Assembly: GCF_006345805.1 (NCBI RefSeq)
Contig: NC_043006.1
Coordinates: forward strand, 59,644,001-59,708,000
DNA length: 64,000 bases
Reading direction: 5' to 3'
Origin: Octopus sinensis
Lineage: Eukaryota
Shown piece after piece: positions 11,688 through 25,119 of the stretch. Made by a program: the position numbers and the translations under genes. Below the pieces are notes generated by a model. The model saw only the letters and a list, made by a program, of their open reading frames with translations. It did no database searches and had not been told where the DNA came from. The stretch's first letter is position 1. Every line of letters starts with the position of its first letter.

Positions 11688-13900
11688 GCCAGACATCGAC
11701 GTGAAACTTCTTCAACATTCATGTCTGTAATGCAAGCCATATGCTACAATGTGTCCCAGAGAGAAAGGCCACACTGTACACAAGAACAAAATCCCCAGAG
11801 AGAGGAAAATTTTAATGAGACGGCGTACGAAATTTTCAAATCGCCTAAACAAACAGATTGAAAGCAGTGAAAAGTCCCGCCTAAAAATAAAACTGTTGGA
11901 AATCGAAAAATGTCTGCAACTCTCCCATGAAAAAGAAAGAGCAGACAAAGAAGCCTGGGCTATAGAAAACATAAAATCTAACCCCACAGCTTTCTACAGG
12001 TATGCCAAAGAAACAGCTACAGTGCACTGTAGAATAGGGCCACTCCTCGAAAAGGATGGCACACTTACAGGAAACCAATGAGGTAAGTGAAATACTGAAT
12101 GAGCAATTCAAGAGTGTTTTCACTCACTCACCCTTGGGCATCTCCAAATCACCAATCCAACTGACTTTTTTACCACTGCAGATATAAAATCAGAGGCGGC
12201 GACGATAGATTCATCGATATAAAGGAAGACGATGTAACCAAGGCTATAGATGAAATGAAAACAGACTCAGCTACTGACCCCGATGGATCCCGGCAATCCT
12301 CCTAAAAGCATGTAAGAGAGTCTAGCAAGACCACGCAGTTCCTCTTTCAGAGCTTCCTTGCAGCTGGCAAACTTCCAGGAAAACTGAAGGAAGGTAAAAT
12401 ATGCCCATTCATAAAGGAGGTAGCAGAGCGGAAGCCAAGAACTATAGACCTATCTCTCTGACCTCACACATCAGCAAGGTCATGGAACGAATAGTCAGAA
12501 GGAAGCTGATCACCTTCCTTGAAGAGAATGACTTGCTGCCCGACACCCAACATGGTTTCCGACCAGGGAGAAAGCTGTTTAACTCAGCTCCTACAACACT
12601 ATGACTGGGTGCTGAAACGGCTGCTCAACCACTCAAATGTGGAAGTGATATATCTCTCGACTTTGGCAAAGGCCTTTGATAAAGTCGATCATGGAATGAT
12701 ATGTCACAACTGCGTGATCTCAACATAGTTGGAAAACTGGGAGAATGGCTTCATGACTTTCTGAAGGATGAAGTCAGGAGGTGGTAGTGCCAATGGGGCC
12801 ACCTCCATTAACACACAAACAAATAGTGAGCGGTGTTCCGCAGGGCACTGTTCCGGGACCACTATACTGTTCATAATGGCCCTCTCAGACATGCCCTCAA
12901 GCCACGCAGAGAGCCACGATCACAAGTTATGCAGATGATACAAAATTCACAGGCAATACAGAACCCTGAAGACACTAAGCACCTGCAATGTGAGCTGGAC
13001 GAAATTACAAGTGTGGGCTGAAAAGAATAGCATGCATTTCAATGCTGGAATTTCAAGCTTTATAACTATCAGCATGCAAAACTGAATGCAATACCAAACC
13101 AATGAATACCTGGACCCGGAGGGATTGGCAATCCCAGAGGCACAATCAGTGCGTGACCTGGGTATTCACATGAGTGATGACGCGACCTTTCATGTACATT
13201 GCTAAACTGACAATGAATGTAGACGGCTGGCTGGATGGATTCTTAGAACCTTTTAGAACAAGAGAACAAGAAACCATGATGGTCCTCTGGAAGACACTTG
13301 TCCTAAGCCACTTTGACTATTGCTCTCAGCTATGGTCACCATCCAGTGTCAAGTTGATCACAGAACTTGAGGCGATCCAACGAAGCTACACAAAGAGATA
13401 GCCTCTATGCAGAATGTAAGCTACTGGAAAGACTCAAGAGATTAAAATTATATTCCCTGGAGCGTAGGCGGGAAGATATGCCATAATATACATCTGGAAG
13501 ATCCTGGAGGGAAGTGTCCTGAACTTTGGCATCGAGAGTTACGCAAATGCCAGAACTGGGCGCCACTGCGTGGTGCCTAGGACTCCAAACCTGCCATCAG
13601 ATGTAGGACAAGATTCTGTGATACCTGGGTTTCCGAGGCCCCAGCTCTTCATATCCTCCCGAAGAACCTGAGAGACCTGCATGGGGTGGATACAGATGTC
13701 TTTAAAAATGAAGCTGGATCTCTTCCTGTCAGGTGTCCCAGATGACCAACTTCACGGCAGGAGGGGCAGATGGGCAGCTGCATCGAACTCTCTCATGCCC
13801 CAAATAGCAGTTGCTAGAAAACCTCCATGAAGTATGAAACCAAGTAGCAACACCAAATGGCGGTGCCCCAGCATGGCCACAGCCATAAGCTGAAACTAGA
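11688..13900 (+). mobile_element. 5'-truncated, frameshifted CR1-type LINE (ORF2 RT and 3' tail)
   Basis: AIENIKSNPTAFYRYAK, PIHKGGSRAEAKNYRPISLTSHISKVMERI, AKAFDKVDHG, SYADD; tail GGCGGTGCCCCAGCATGGCCACAGCCATAAGCTGAAAC. Confidence 0.92.
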
Positions 13901-13938
13901 ATCAATCATCAATCAATCAATCATATATATATATATAC

Positions 13939-13995
<57 letters not shown>

Positions 13996-13998
13996 ACA

Positions 13999-14100
<102 letters not shown>

Positions 14101-14235
14101 AGTGCAGGGTCCGTTGCACAATGATGCCTTTGAGAGTTAGGCCCCGAAACGGTGCACATTTTCTCTTGATGACCCCATGCACTTGCTGGTTTCCGGTATT
14201 CGGAGGTTTCGACTGGTAGCACTTGCCTTTCGAAA

Positions 14236-14605
14236 ACATTCACCCAACATATCCATTACTCTGCAAATATGTTACTGTTCTTCTTCCGAGAATTCCCATA
14301 TAAAGATCTTGCCATCCACTGTCAACACGGATATCAGCCAGCCTGAACGGTTTATAGTCTCTGCATTGGTTTCCTTGGGAAATATATATGCCTTCTGTCT
14401 TATGCCAATCCACTGCTAGAGTCTCTTTGCACCACAGCTGTCGGAACAAGACAAAGAGCTTCTTTCATAGACGATTGCAACGCTTGTATACTTTATGCGA
14501 GACGCCATCGCTTCCTGGTGCACTCTTTGCTCTAGCTTTTCTCACAGAATCATTCACCTCTTTCTCCCTGATGTCTCCAATTTGAAATTCGACATCAGGT
14601 TCTAA
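14236..14605 (-). mobile_element. Hero/R2-group non-LTR RT N-terminal fragment
   Basis: EFQIGDIREKEVNDSVRKARAKSAPGSDGVSHKVYKRC...TEGIYI, then PISVLTVDGKIF in a shifted frame and [13 protein letters not shown]. Confidence 0.7.
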
Positions 14606-14659
14606 GAGATGCTATATGTAAGTGTATGTGAAAACATGCATAAACATACTCACGTATAT

Positions 14660-15965
14660 ACATGTATGTATGTGTGTATGTATGTATGTATGTATGTATG
14701 TATGTATGTATGTATGTATGTATGTATGTATGTATGTGTGTGTGTATGTATGTATGTTTGTGTGTATGTATGTATGTGTGTGTGTATATATGTAGGGTGT
14801 GTATGTATGTATGTATGTATGTGTGTGTGTATGTGTGTGTGTGTGTGTGTGGTGTGTGTGTGTGTGTGTTGTGGATGGATGGATGGATGGATGGATGGAT
14901 GGATGGATGTACTTCTCTGATGTACTTTTATCTGTCTTGTATTTAGATGAAGTTTTATGATTAATGTAATACAACATTCCAGTTCATTTGGGTAAGCACA
15001 GTTTTTAGTCTAACCTCAATTAATTTAATCTAATTATGGATTTGTTATGCGAGTAAATATTTGGTGTTAATTATCTAAACGAAACAGCTGTTGAGTACAA
15101 TTAGTGTGTGAAATATATTTAGTTTTCTGCTAAATATATGTATATACATATGTACCAACATGTGTACTTGTGTGTGTGTATCTGAGGAAAGGGCTGTGCA
15201 CGCGCGAGTGTGTGTGTTGGAGATTAAAGTGAGGAATGAATGAGAAATTATTTCGTGAATTTTGATACCTTACAAGTGTTTCTGTTATTTAGATGTAGTT
15301 CACTCGTAGTCACATTTTTGTATATCCCTCTATATCTTCATCAGAGCTTCAAACATGAAGAGCAATTAAATTTCGTTAAGTAGTTACATTTATACGTATA
15401 TATAACACTGAAAAAGCATTATCAACCTCCCCCCCCCCCCAAAAAAAAAAAACGAAAATAAGCTTATGTAAAAAATGAATTCAGGAGAAGTGAGAAGCTA
15501 ATGGCTGATACACAAACATTAAATTTTAAGTGAACTGCAATTCGCTATAATCTCTTTAAAGTAAACAAAATCAAAATTTTAAATTGGGGGAGGAGTGGGG
15601 ACGTGAAATTAATTTTTTTTTGTTTGTTTTACATATTCATAATTTTCGACATTTAAAACTTTGGAATCCAAAAAAAAAAAATTTCCAAAAAATGCATTTT
15701 TCAAGGAGAGGTGCAATTCTGCATTAGATAGATAGAATAGATGGACTATAAAAGAATGGAATAGAATAGAATAGAATAGAACAGAATAGAATAGAACAGC
15801 ATAACAAATCCATAATTAGATTAAATTAATTGAGGTTAGACTAAAAACTGTGTTTACCCAAATGAACTTGAATGTTGTATTACATTAATCATAAAACTTC
15901 ATCTAAATACAAGACAGATAAAAGTACATCAGAGAAGTACATCCATCCATCCATCCATCCATTCA

Positions 15966-16001
<36 letters not shown>

Positions 16002-16080
16002 ACACACACACACACACACATACATACATACATACATACATACATACATACATACATACATACATACATACATACATAGA
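14660..16080. repeat. Inverted duplication: unique 141-bp arms (14910-15050 and 15799-15940) plus mirrored (GGAT)/(GT)/(TATG) microsatellites
   Basis: The arms are reverse complements with 2 substitutions seen by eye; about 750-bp spacer. Confidence 0.9.
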
Positions 16081-16230
16081 ATAGAATAGAATACAGATAG
16101 ATAGATAGATAGAATATATAATATATACCCTGTATATATGCATATTATATATATGTGTATGCATATATATACATATGTGTAAGCATATATATACATATTT
16201 TGTATGCACTATAATACATATGTGTGTGTG

Positions 16231-16267
<37 letters not shown>

Positions 16268-16268
16268 C

Positions 16269-16351
<83 letters not shown>

Positions 16352-16422
16352 GTACATATATATTATATATATATATTATATTATATATAATATATATATA
16401 TATAAATTTATTATATAGAAGG

Positions 16423-16474
16423 AGCTTCTACAGGACTAGAACTGTTTCATTTCAAGAGAAATCATCAGGAAGCT
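16423..16474 (-). ncRNA. Type I hammerhead ribozyme motif with all three stems
   Basis: AGCUUC-CUGAUGA-UUUC(UCUU)GAAA-U-GAA-ACAG(UUCUAGUC)CUGU-A-GAAGCU: 6-bp stem I, 4-bp stem III, GUA cleavage triplet. Confidence 0.75.
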
Positions 16475-16679
16475 AGTTAACAAGAATTGTATTGGCATTT
16501 ATACATTTAGGCAGGTTTAAAGGGGTGGGTGTTGGGGACTTTTTGGGGGTAGGCATAGCGCAAAAATATCATACTTTCGGGGAGTGGTCAAGGAGTCAGT
16601 GGTAAATTAGATAAAAGAAATAAAAAGAATAAAAAAAATATATAGAAGAATAGAGTTTTAGGTAAATAAGTAGATTCTC

Positions 16680-18493
<1,814 letters not shown>

Positions 18494-18494
<1 letters not shown>

Positions 18495-20440
18495 TAGCTG
18501 AAGGTGACCCGCTCTACGCGCGGGTAAGAGTGTGGTTGTTACTTTCTGTTGCTTCCTTTCAGCACGTAAAAAGTACTATCCGAATGTGGCGGATTGCAGC
18601 GCCACCTTGACTGGCTTCTGTGCCAGTGACACGTAAAAAGCACCAACCGATCGTGGCCATTGCCAGCCCCCCCTGGCACCTGTGCCGACGGCACGAAAAA
18701 TGCACCCACTACACTCACAGAGTGGTTGGCGTTAGAAAGGGCATCCACCTGTAGAAACACTGCCAAATCAGACTGGAGCCTAGTGCAGCCTCCTGGCTTC
18801 CCAGACCCTGGTCAAACTGTCCAACCCGTGCTAGCACGGAAAACGGACGTTAAACGATGATGATGATGATTCTCCCTCTTTGTTTCTCTCTCCTTTCTCT
18901 CTCACTTTCCCCACTCTCTTACTCTTCCTTTCTCTCGGACTCTCCCTCGCTTTCTCTTACTCTCTATCTTTATCTATCTCTCTCCCATTTATAAACAACA
19001 AAATATCTTGAGTAAGTTGAGAAATAAAATATTTAGAAAGATCAATCATAAATATAAGGCAGTAACAACGGAAAGGTCTGCTTCAAGGCAGACAGCAAAA
19101 CACTAACATTTAAAAGGGACAGACGAACTTGCGAGCTGAATAAAAATAATAAAATATTGGAAACCAAAGTTTGAAGGGATAGAATCTGAGGGTAGTAGAG
19201 TCAGCATGGCTGGCATTTCTTAACGACGGACAGCAACGTTTTGACAGTTTAACGGCTGGCGTAAAATTTTGAACTTGATGTAAAAGAAAATCCCTAAACA
19301 CCAAGTTTTGAAGTGATTCTTTTTCACAACAGTAGACTCACCATGGCAAGCATTCAAAACATCTTCATCATGGACGGCAACACATTGACGATTAAAAGGC
19401 TGGCGCAAATTTTTTAGCTTGATGTAACAGAGAATTCCTAAACACCCGCTTCCTTGAAATTTTAATCCCCTTCCAGCCCCATTTAGACCCCTTTTCACAT
19501 TTTGGTTAATATAACCCGATTTCATTCGGGTCTACTGGGGCCACATTTTATAAGATGAGGAATTTTGTCCTAGAGGTGACGCCTTTCATTTGAGGAAAAA
19601 AATAGTTGTCATGCAAACTTGCCAGCACTTTTAACATAGGTCTGCATCTATGTATGTGTGTTTGTGTATGTATGTGTATGTATGTGTGTATGTGTGTGTA
19701 TGTATGTGTGTGTGTATGTATGCATTTCCATTGAGTCAACCTCATTTCTACATAGCAGACCGTTACATAAACAGACAAAGGTACATACATACATGCACAC
19801 TCACACATACATACACACACATACACATACATACACACACACACATACATAGATACATACACACACACACATACATGCATACATACATATACACATACAT
19901 GCATACACACGCACGCACTACAAAAACCGAGTAAAAAATTTCAGTTATCTCTCTCTTTCACACAGACAGATACATAAAAGAAGGCCGTTTGTATGAAATA
20001 GAGTGAGTATTGTGTGTTGTGGTGGTGGTGGTGGTGGTGGTGGTGGTGGTGGTGGCGATGATAATTATCATTAGGAAAAAGAGTGAGTGAGTGAGGAAGA
20101 CATACATAAATTGTAGCGATGATAATTCTCCCTATGAATGCAAACAGATACATCAAAGAAAGCCCTGACGATCTTATAAAGGCAAAGTGAAAGGGAGTTG
20201 AGGGGAATACAAAATAACGGGAGTGGACATTGTCAACGTTATAAATGAAGGGGAGTAAGAGAGGGAAAGAAGGAAATAGTGTGAGTGAAGAAGATGGCCC
20301 CTAGCAACCACACCTTTAAGGTAGCCACGCGCATCGTCACTCATTCTACATGTCCCTGTAAATTTTGGAGCGAATCGGACGGGTCGTAGTGGTATTGAAA
20401 GCGATCCAGCGGTAAAAACGATTTCAGTTTTATATATAGA
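18494..20440 (-). mobile_element. Putative non-autonomous Helitron (about 1.95 kb) with nested SINE and microsatellites
   Basis: 5' TCTATATATAAAACTG at 20440; 3' hairpin ACCCGC-GCGTAGA-GCGGGT (18507-18525) followed by CTAG|T at 18494; pairing of the two ends is inferred. Confidence 0.6.
18545..18870 (+). mobile_element. SINE or LINE 3' end with RTE-type tail and (GAT)n
   Basis: GGTTGGCGTTAGAAAGGGCATCCACCTGTAGAAAC...GCTAGCACGGAAAACGGACGTTAAACGATGATGATG. Confidence 0.65.
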
Positions 20441-20628
20441 TATATTATATATATATTACATATACATACTATACATATACACACATACACACACACACAT
20501 ATATATATATACACACACACAAACATACCACATACACACATGATACTAGATAGATATATAGATATATATATATACACACTATATATATATATGTAAATAT
20601 ATATATATATATATATACATATATATAT

Positions 20629-20677
<49 letters not shown>

Positions 20678-20853
20678 TGTACATATATATATATATAATA
20701 TATAATATATATATATGTACATATATATATATATATATTATATATATATATAAAATATACAGATATATACTAATATATATATATATAATATAATATATAT
20801 ATATATATGTATATATATTATATATACTATATATATATATATATATATGTACA

Positions 20854-20932
<79 letters not shown>

Positions 20933-20968
20933 GTACATATAAATATATATAGATATATATATATAATG

Positions 20969-21061
<93 letters not shown>
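20441..21061. repeat. (AT)n-rich array
   Basis: Directly visible. Confidence 0.95.
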
Positions 21062-24000
21062 AAACATGCAAATTCTTCGGAATGGAACCTGCTGGCATGG
21101 AGAAACAGGGGAAGGATGCAGGTTCGCTCATCCCAGGCCCTATGGAAATTGCATCAAACCCACTCGACCAAAATGCCTTAACCAAAACCAGACCGAAACC
21201 AAAACCAGAACCACATACAAGCTGCCCCAGAAATATGCAGACAATAGTGCGGAATGCCCCAACAAGGAGAAGGCGCACATTTGCAGAGGAAATGCAGACG
21301 GCGGCAGCAGAACAAAGAAATTTTGTGGAAATAGCAGAGAAAATTGTGGGACAACTGGCCTGGATACATCGTCTTCAGAGCCAGGGGCACTCACAACAGC
21401 ACTCAAGACCACCACAATCAAGGGACCCAGGGTGGCACCACGCTGACACCAGCCAGGTGCCACACCGACAGCCTTTATTGACACCCCAAATATCTCACCA
21501 GTGCTTCTGCTGAATGTCAGAGGTCTGGTGAAACCACTAATATGAGTAAAATTCCTTACCTTAGGGACTTAAGCACAAGCAACCATGCAATATGCATAGC
21601 GCTGACTGAAACGCACCTGTCAAGCAGTATAGCAGATGCAGAAATACACATACAAAAGTATACTGTTTTTCGGTCAGACAGGAAGGAAAGAACTCATGGT
21701 GGGGTTGCCCTGTACGTCCGTGAAGATGTCACACCCATAGTACTGTTGACACACTCAAACTCAGTCTGTGACACACTGATAGTACACATGAAACAACCGA
21801 AAATAGTAATATGTGTCACATATCGGCCACCAGACACCCCTAGTCATGAAGGAGTGTTGAAGATAGCCTCAGAAGAATAGAAGAAGTCCTGGATAAACTG
21901 GACCAGGGTAACACCATTCTACTGCTGGGAGATTTTAACCTTCCGAAAGTCAAATGGCCAGATGGCCATCTCCTCCCTGGAATGACATCACTTGAACAGA
22001 GACAGACAGAGTCCTTGTTGGCTCTCACACGCAAGTTTTTCATGGAACAAGCAGTGCTTCGGCCAAAAAGAGGTGAGAATGTCTTGGACCTCTGTTTCAC
22101 AAGCAACCCGATGCTCATCCACAACATAATGGTAACACCAACAATTCTCTCAGATCACAACTTAGTAGAGGTAATGATATATGGTATGAGAGAGTTAGTT
22201 GAGACGCAGCCATTAGAAAATACCACAGGCCTATCCAGTCTAAACTTCCATAAGGCAAACTGGAAGAAGATCAACGAAGAGATCCGAAAACATGACTGGA
22301 GTGACTTCATCACCACACAAGACACCAACACACATTTCCAACATTTCATGACAACAATACAGAACATATGCCATAAGTTTGTCCGGAGAAAAAAGCCAGC
22401 GGGCATAGGAACGTTATTCCCAGAGACAGGAAAATACTTATGAGGCGAAGAGCTAAGCTCTCGAAGCAACTGAATGCACGGCAGAGAAACAATAAGGGAC
22501 TCCACCTGAAACTTTTTGAAACGGAAACTGCACTCAAACTTTCCTATGAGAAGGAGAGGGCAGAGAGAGAAGCCAGGGCCATAGAGAATATTAAAACAAA
22601 CCCTAAAGCTTTCTTTAAATTTGCGAAAGAAACCACCTCGGTACACTGCAAGATTGGCCCACTCTTTGATAAAAAGGGCTCTCTAACTGAGGACCCCCAA
22701 GGGATAAGTGAAATACTAAAGGAACAGTATAAAAGTGTGTTCACATCCCCTCTGGGGCACATGCAAATCACAAACCCAGAAGTTTTCTTTGATGCCACAA
22801 CACTCCAAAAACAAACAACAAACATCGACCACATAGACATAACAGAGAGGGATGTAATATCTGCCATAGAAGAAATGAGAATAAACTCAGCTGCTGGACC
22901 AGATGGATTCCCAGCAGTCCTCCTAAAAACATGCAGGCATGCCCTAGCGGGACCACTGAAGAAGCTCTTCAGTGGTTCCTTGGCTAACGGTAAACTGCCC
23001 AGGGCGCTAAAAGAAGGCACCATATGCCCTATCCACAAAGGAGGGAGTAGAGCAGAGGCCAAAAACTACAGGCCAGTCTCCCTGACGTCACACATAAGTA
23101 AGGTCATGGAACGAATCATCAGAAAAAAACTGATCACGTTCCTCGAAGAAACTAACCGTCTCACTGACACACAGCATGGCTTTCGCCCAGGAAGAAGCTG
23201 CCTTACGCAGCTGTTACAACACTACGACTGGGTACTGAAACAACTACTGGATCGCTCACAGGTGGATGTGGTATATCTCGACTTTGCGAAGGCCTTTGAC
23301 AAAGTCGACCACGGAGTGATATGTCACAAATTACTCAGACTCGGCATAACAGGAAAAGTAGGTGAGTGGATACATGACTTCCTGAAGGACAGAAGCCAGA
23401 TGGTTGCAGCCAATGGAGCCCTCTCGGGAAAGACACCAATAGCAAGCGGGGTGCCACAGGGCACAGTCTTGGGACCCTTGCTGTTTTTGGTGCGCCTCTC
23501 TCTGCCCTTGGTAGCACAAACAACATCCCTCACTAGCTATGCTGATGACACAAAGGTAGCACAGGCAATCAAAAACCCAGCTGATGCTGACCTTTTACAA
23601 CAAGATCTGGATGCCATATACAAATGGGCTGAAGACAACAACATGCAATTTAATGCTGGTAAATTTCAAGCCTTACAATATCAAGCTGTAAACACATATA
23701 CATTACAACACAACTATACTGGTCCAGGAGGGATCGAAATCCCAGTATCGAAATCAATACGGGACCTGGGGATAGACATGAGTGACGATGCATCTTTTTC
23801 TTCACACATCGCGAAGGTGGCGACAATGTGCAGACGACTCACTGGCTGGATCCTGAGGACATTCCGGACAAGAGACTGCGAGACCATGTTGACACTATGG
23901 AGGACATTTGTCCTAAGCCGCCTGGACTACTGCTCCCAACTGTGGTCACCGCATAGTGTCAAACTAACCACAGAGCTTGAGACAATCCAAAGACATTTCA

Positions 24001-24520
24001 CCAAGAGGATTTCCACCATGAAAGAAAAGAACTATTGGGAGAGGCTTAGGGAACTCAATTTGTACTCCTTGGAACGAGACGAGAGAGATATGCAGTGATA
24101 TACATATGGAAAATCCTGGAGGGACTAGCACCAAATTTTGGAATTGAGAGCTGTTCCAATCCCCGTACAGGACGTCACTGTGTGGTGCCAAAGGTCCCGT
24201 CTTCCACATCCAGGGTAAGGAGCAGATACTGTAATAGCCTGGGGTTCAGGGGCCCTCAGCTGTTCAACAAACTGCCAAGAAAACTAAGAGATCTACATGA
24301 TGCGGATGTGGACATTTTCAAAAAACATCTAGACAAGCTGCTTTCCGGGATCCCAGATGAACCCACTGCAAGGTACGAAGGTAACCTAAGGGCAGCAGCT
24401 ACAAACTCTCTCTTAGATCAGTGGCCAGCCACGGCAAACTGGACTTAGAGAGGGTAGCAACAAGGGCGGTGCCCCAGCATGGCCTCAGCCGGATGGCTGA
24501 AACAAGTAAAAGAGTAAAAA
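21062..24520 (+). mobile_element. Near-complete CR1-type LINE: CCCH-finger ORF1 remnant, APE endonuclease, RT, 3' tail
   Basis: [17 protein letters not shown]; LLNVRGL...IALTETHL...GGVALYV; LLGDFNLP; SDHNLV; YLDFAKAFDKVDH; GVPQGTVLGP; YADD; tail ends GCTGAAACAAGTAAAAGAGT; several frameshifts. Confidence 0.95.
22440..24098 (+). CDS. CR1 LINE ORF2 reverse transcriptase segment (552 aa open stretch of a frameshifted ORF2)
   Basis: Recognisable RT motifs through YADD present in one frame. Confidence 0.9.
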   Translation: MRRRAKLSKQLNARQRNNKGLHLKLFETETALKLSYEKERAEREARAIENIKTNPKAFFKFAKETTSVHCKIGPLFDKKGSLTEDPQGISEILKEQYKSVFTSPLGHMQITNPEVFFDATTLQKQTTNIDHIDITERDVISAIEEMRINSAAGPDGFPAVLLKTCRHALAGPLKKLFSGSLANGKLPRALKEGTICPIHKGGSRAEAKNYRPVSLTSHISKVMERIIRKKLITFLEETNRLTDTQHGFRPGRSCLTQLLQHYDWVLKQLLDRSQVDVVYLDFAKAFDKVDHGVICHKLLRLGITGKVGEWIHDFLKDRSQMVAANGALSGKTPIASGVPQGTVLGPLLFLVRLSLPLVAQTTSLTSYADDTKVAQAIKNPADADLLQQDLDAIYKWAEDNNMQFNAGKFQALQYQAVNTYTLQHNYTGPGGIEIPVSKSIRDLGIDMSDDASFSSHIAKVATMCRRLTGWILRTFRTRDCETMLTLWRTFVLSRLDYCSQLWSPHSVKLTTELETIQRHFTKRISTMKEKNYWERLRELNLYSLERDERDMQ

Positions 24521-24527
24521 AGAGTAT

Positions 24528-24580
<53 letters not shown>

Positions 24581-24589
24581 CATATATAC

Positions 24590-25051
24590 TTCCTGGTGAA
24601 GGCCGATTTATGGGGTTACACTGAGTTCTCGTCCATAAAGGGTTTAATTTTATGGCGTATCATCAGACCCCAAGCGCTGTTGGCCTAACACCGCTTTCAA
24701 ATATGGAGGGGAAAAGTCTCGATACAAAGACAAATGTAAGCAAGGAGATTATCTCCCTTTGCTAAGGGCTATCGACTTCCGATCGTACCGCTATCATTCA
24801 GCTACGAGGGTAAACAATAGCGGATTATCTTCCTCTCCAATTAGCTATCAACTCTCGGGTGTGCCGCCATCTTGCAGTCCCCAAAATGCCAGCAAAAATC
24901 TCCTAAAATGCAAACATGGCCCGCTTTTCCCCTCTATATTTTAAAGAGGCCTTATGCCAACGAGTTTTGGGATCTGACGATACGCCGTAAAGTTAAACCC
25001 TTTATGGACAGGAGAGCCAGGGTAACCCCATAAACCGGACTTCACCAGGAA
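24590..25051. mobile_element. MITE-like element with about 85-bp imperfect TIRs
   Basis: TTCCTGGTGAAGGCCGATTTATGGGGTTAC...ATCAGACCCCAA mirrored by TTGGGATCTGACGAT...GTAACCCCATAAACCGGACTTCACCAGGAA. Confidence 0.8.
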
Positions 25052-25119
25052 AAAATATATAGACTGCTCTAATTCTTAGAGTTTTGCTTCTCCGGATTCA
25101 AGTTATTTTCTGATATAAA

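Noticed and set aside
14115-14240. Additional hammerhead-like remnants (TGATG-CCT...AGG-CCCC-GAAACGGT on +; GTC-GAAAC on -)
   Set aside because: The core needs several indels to fit; too degenerate to call
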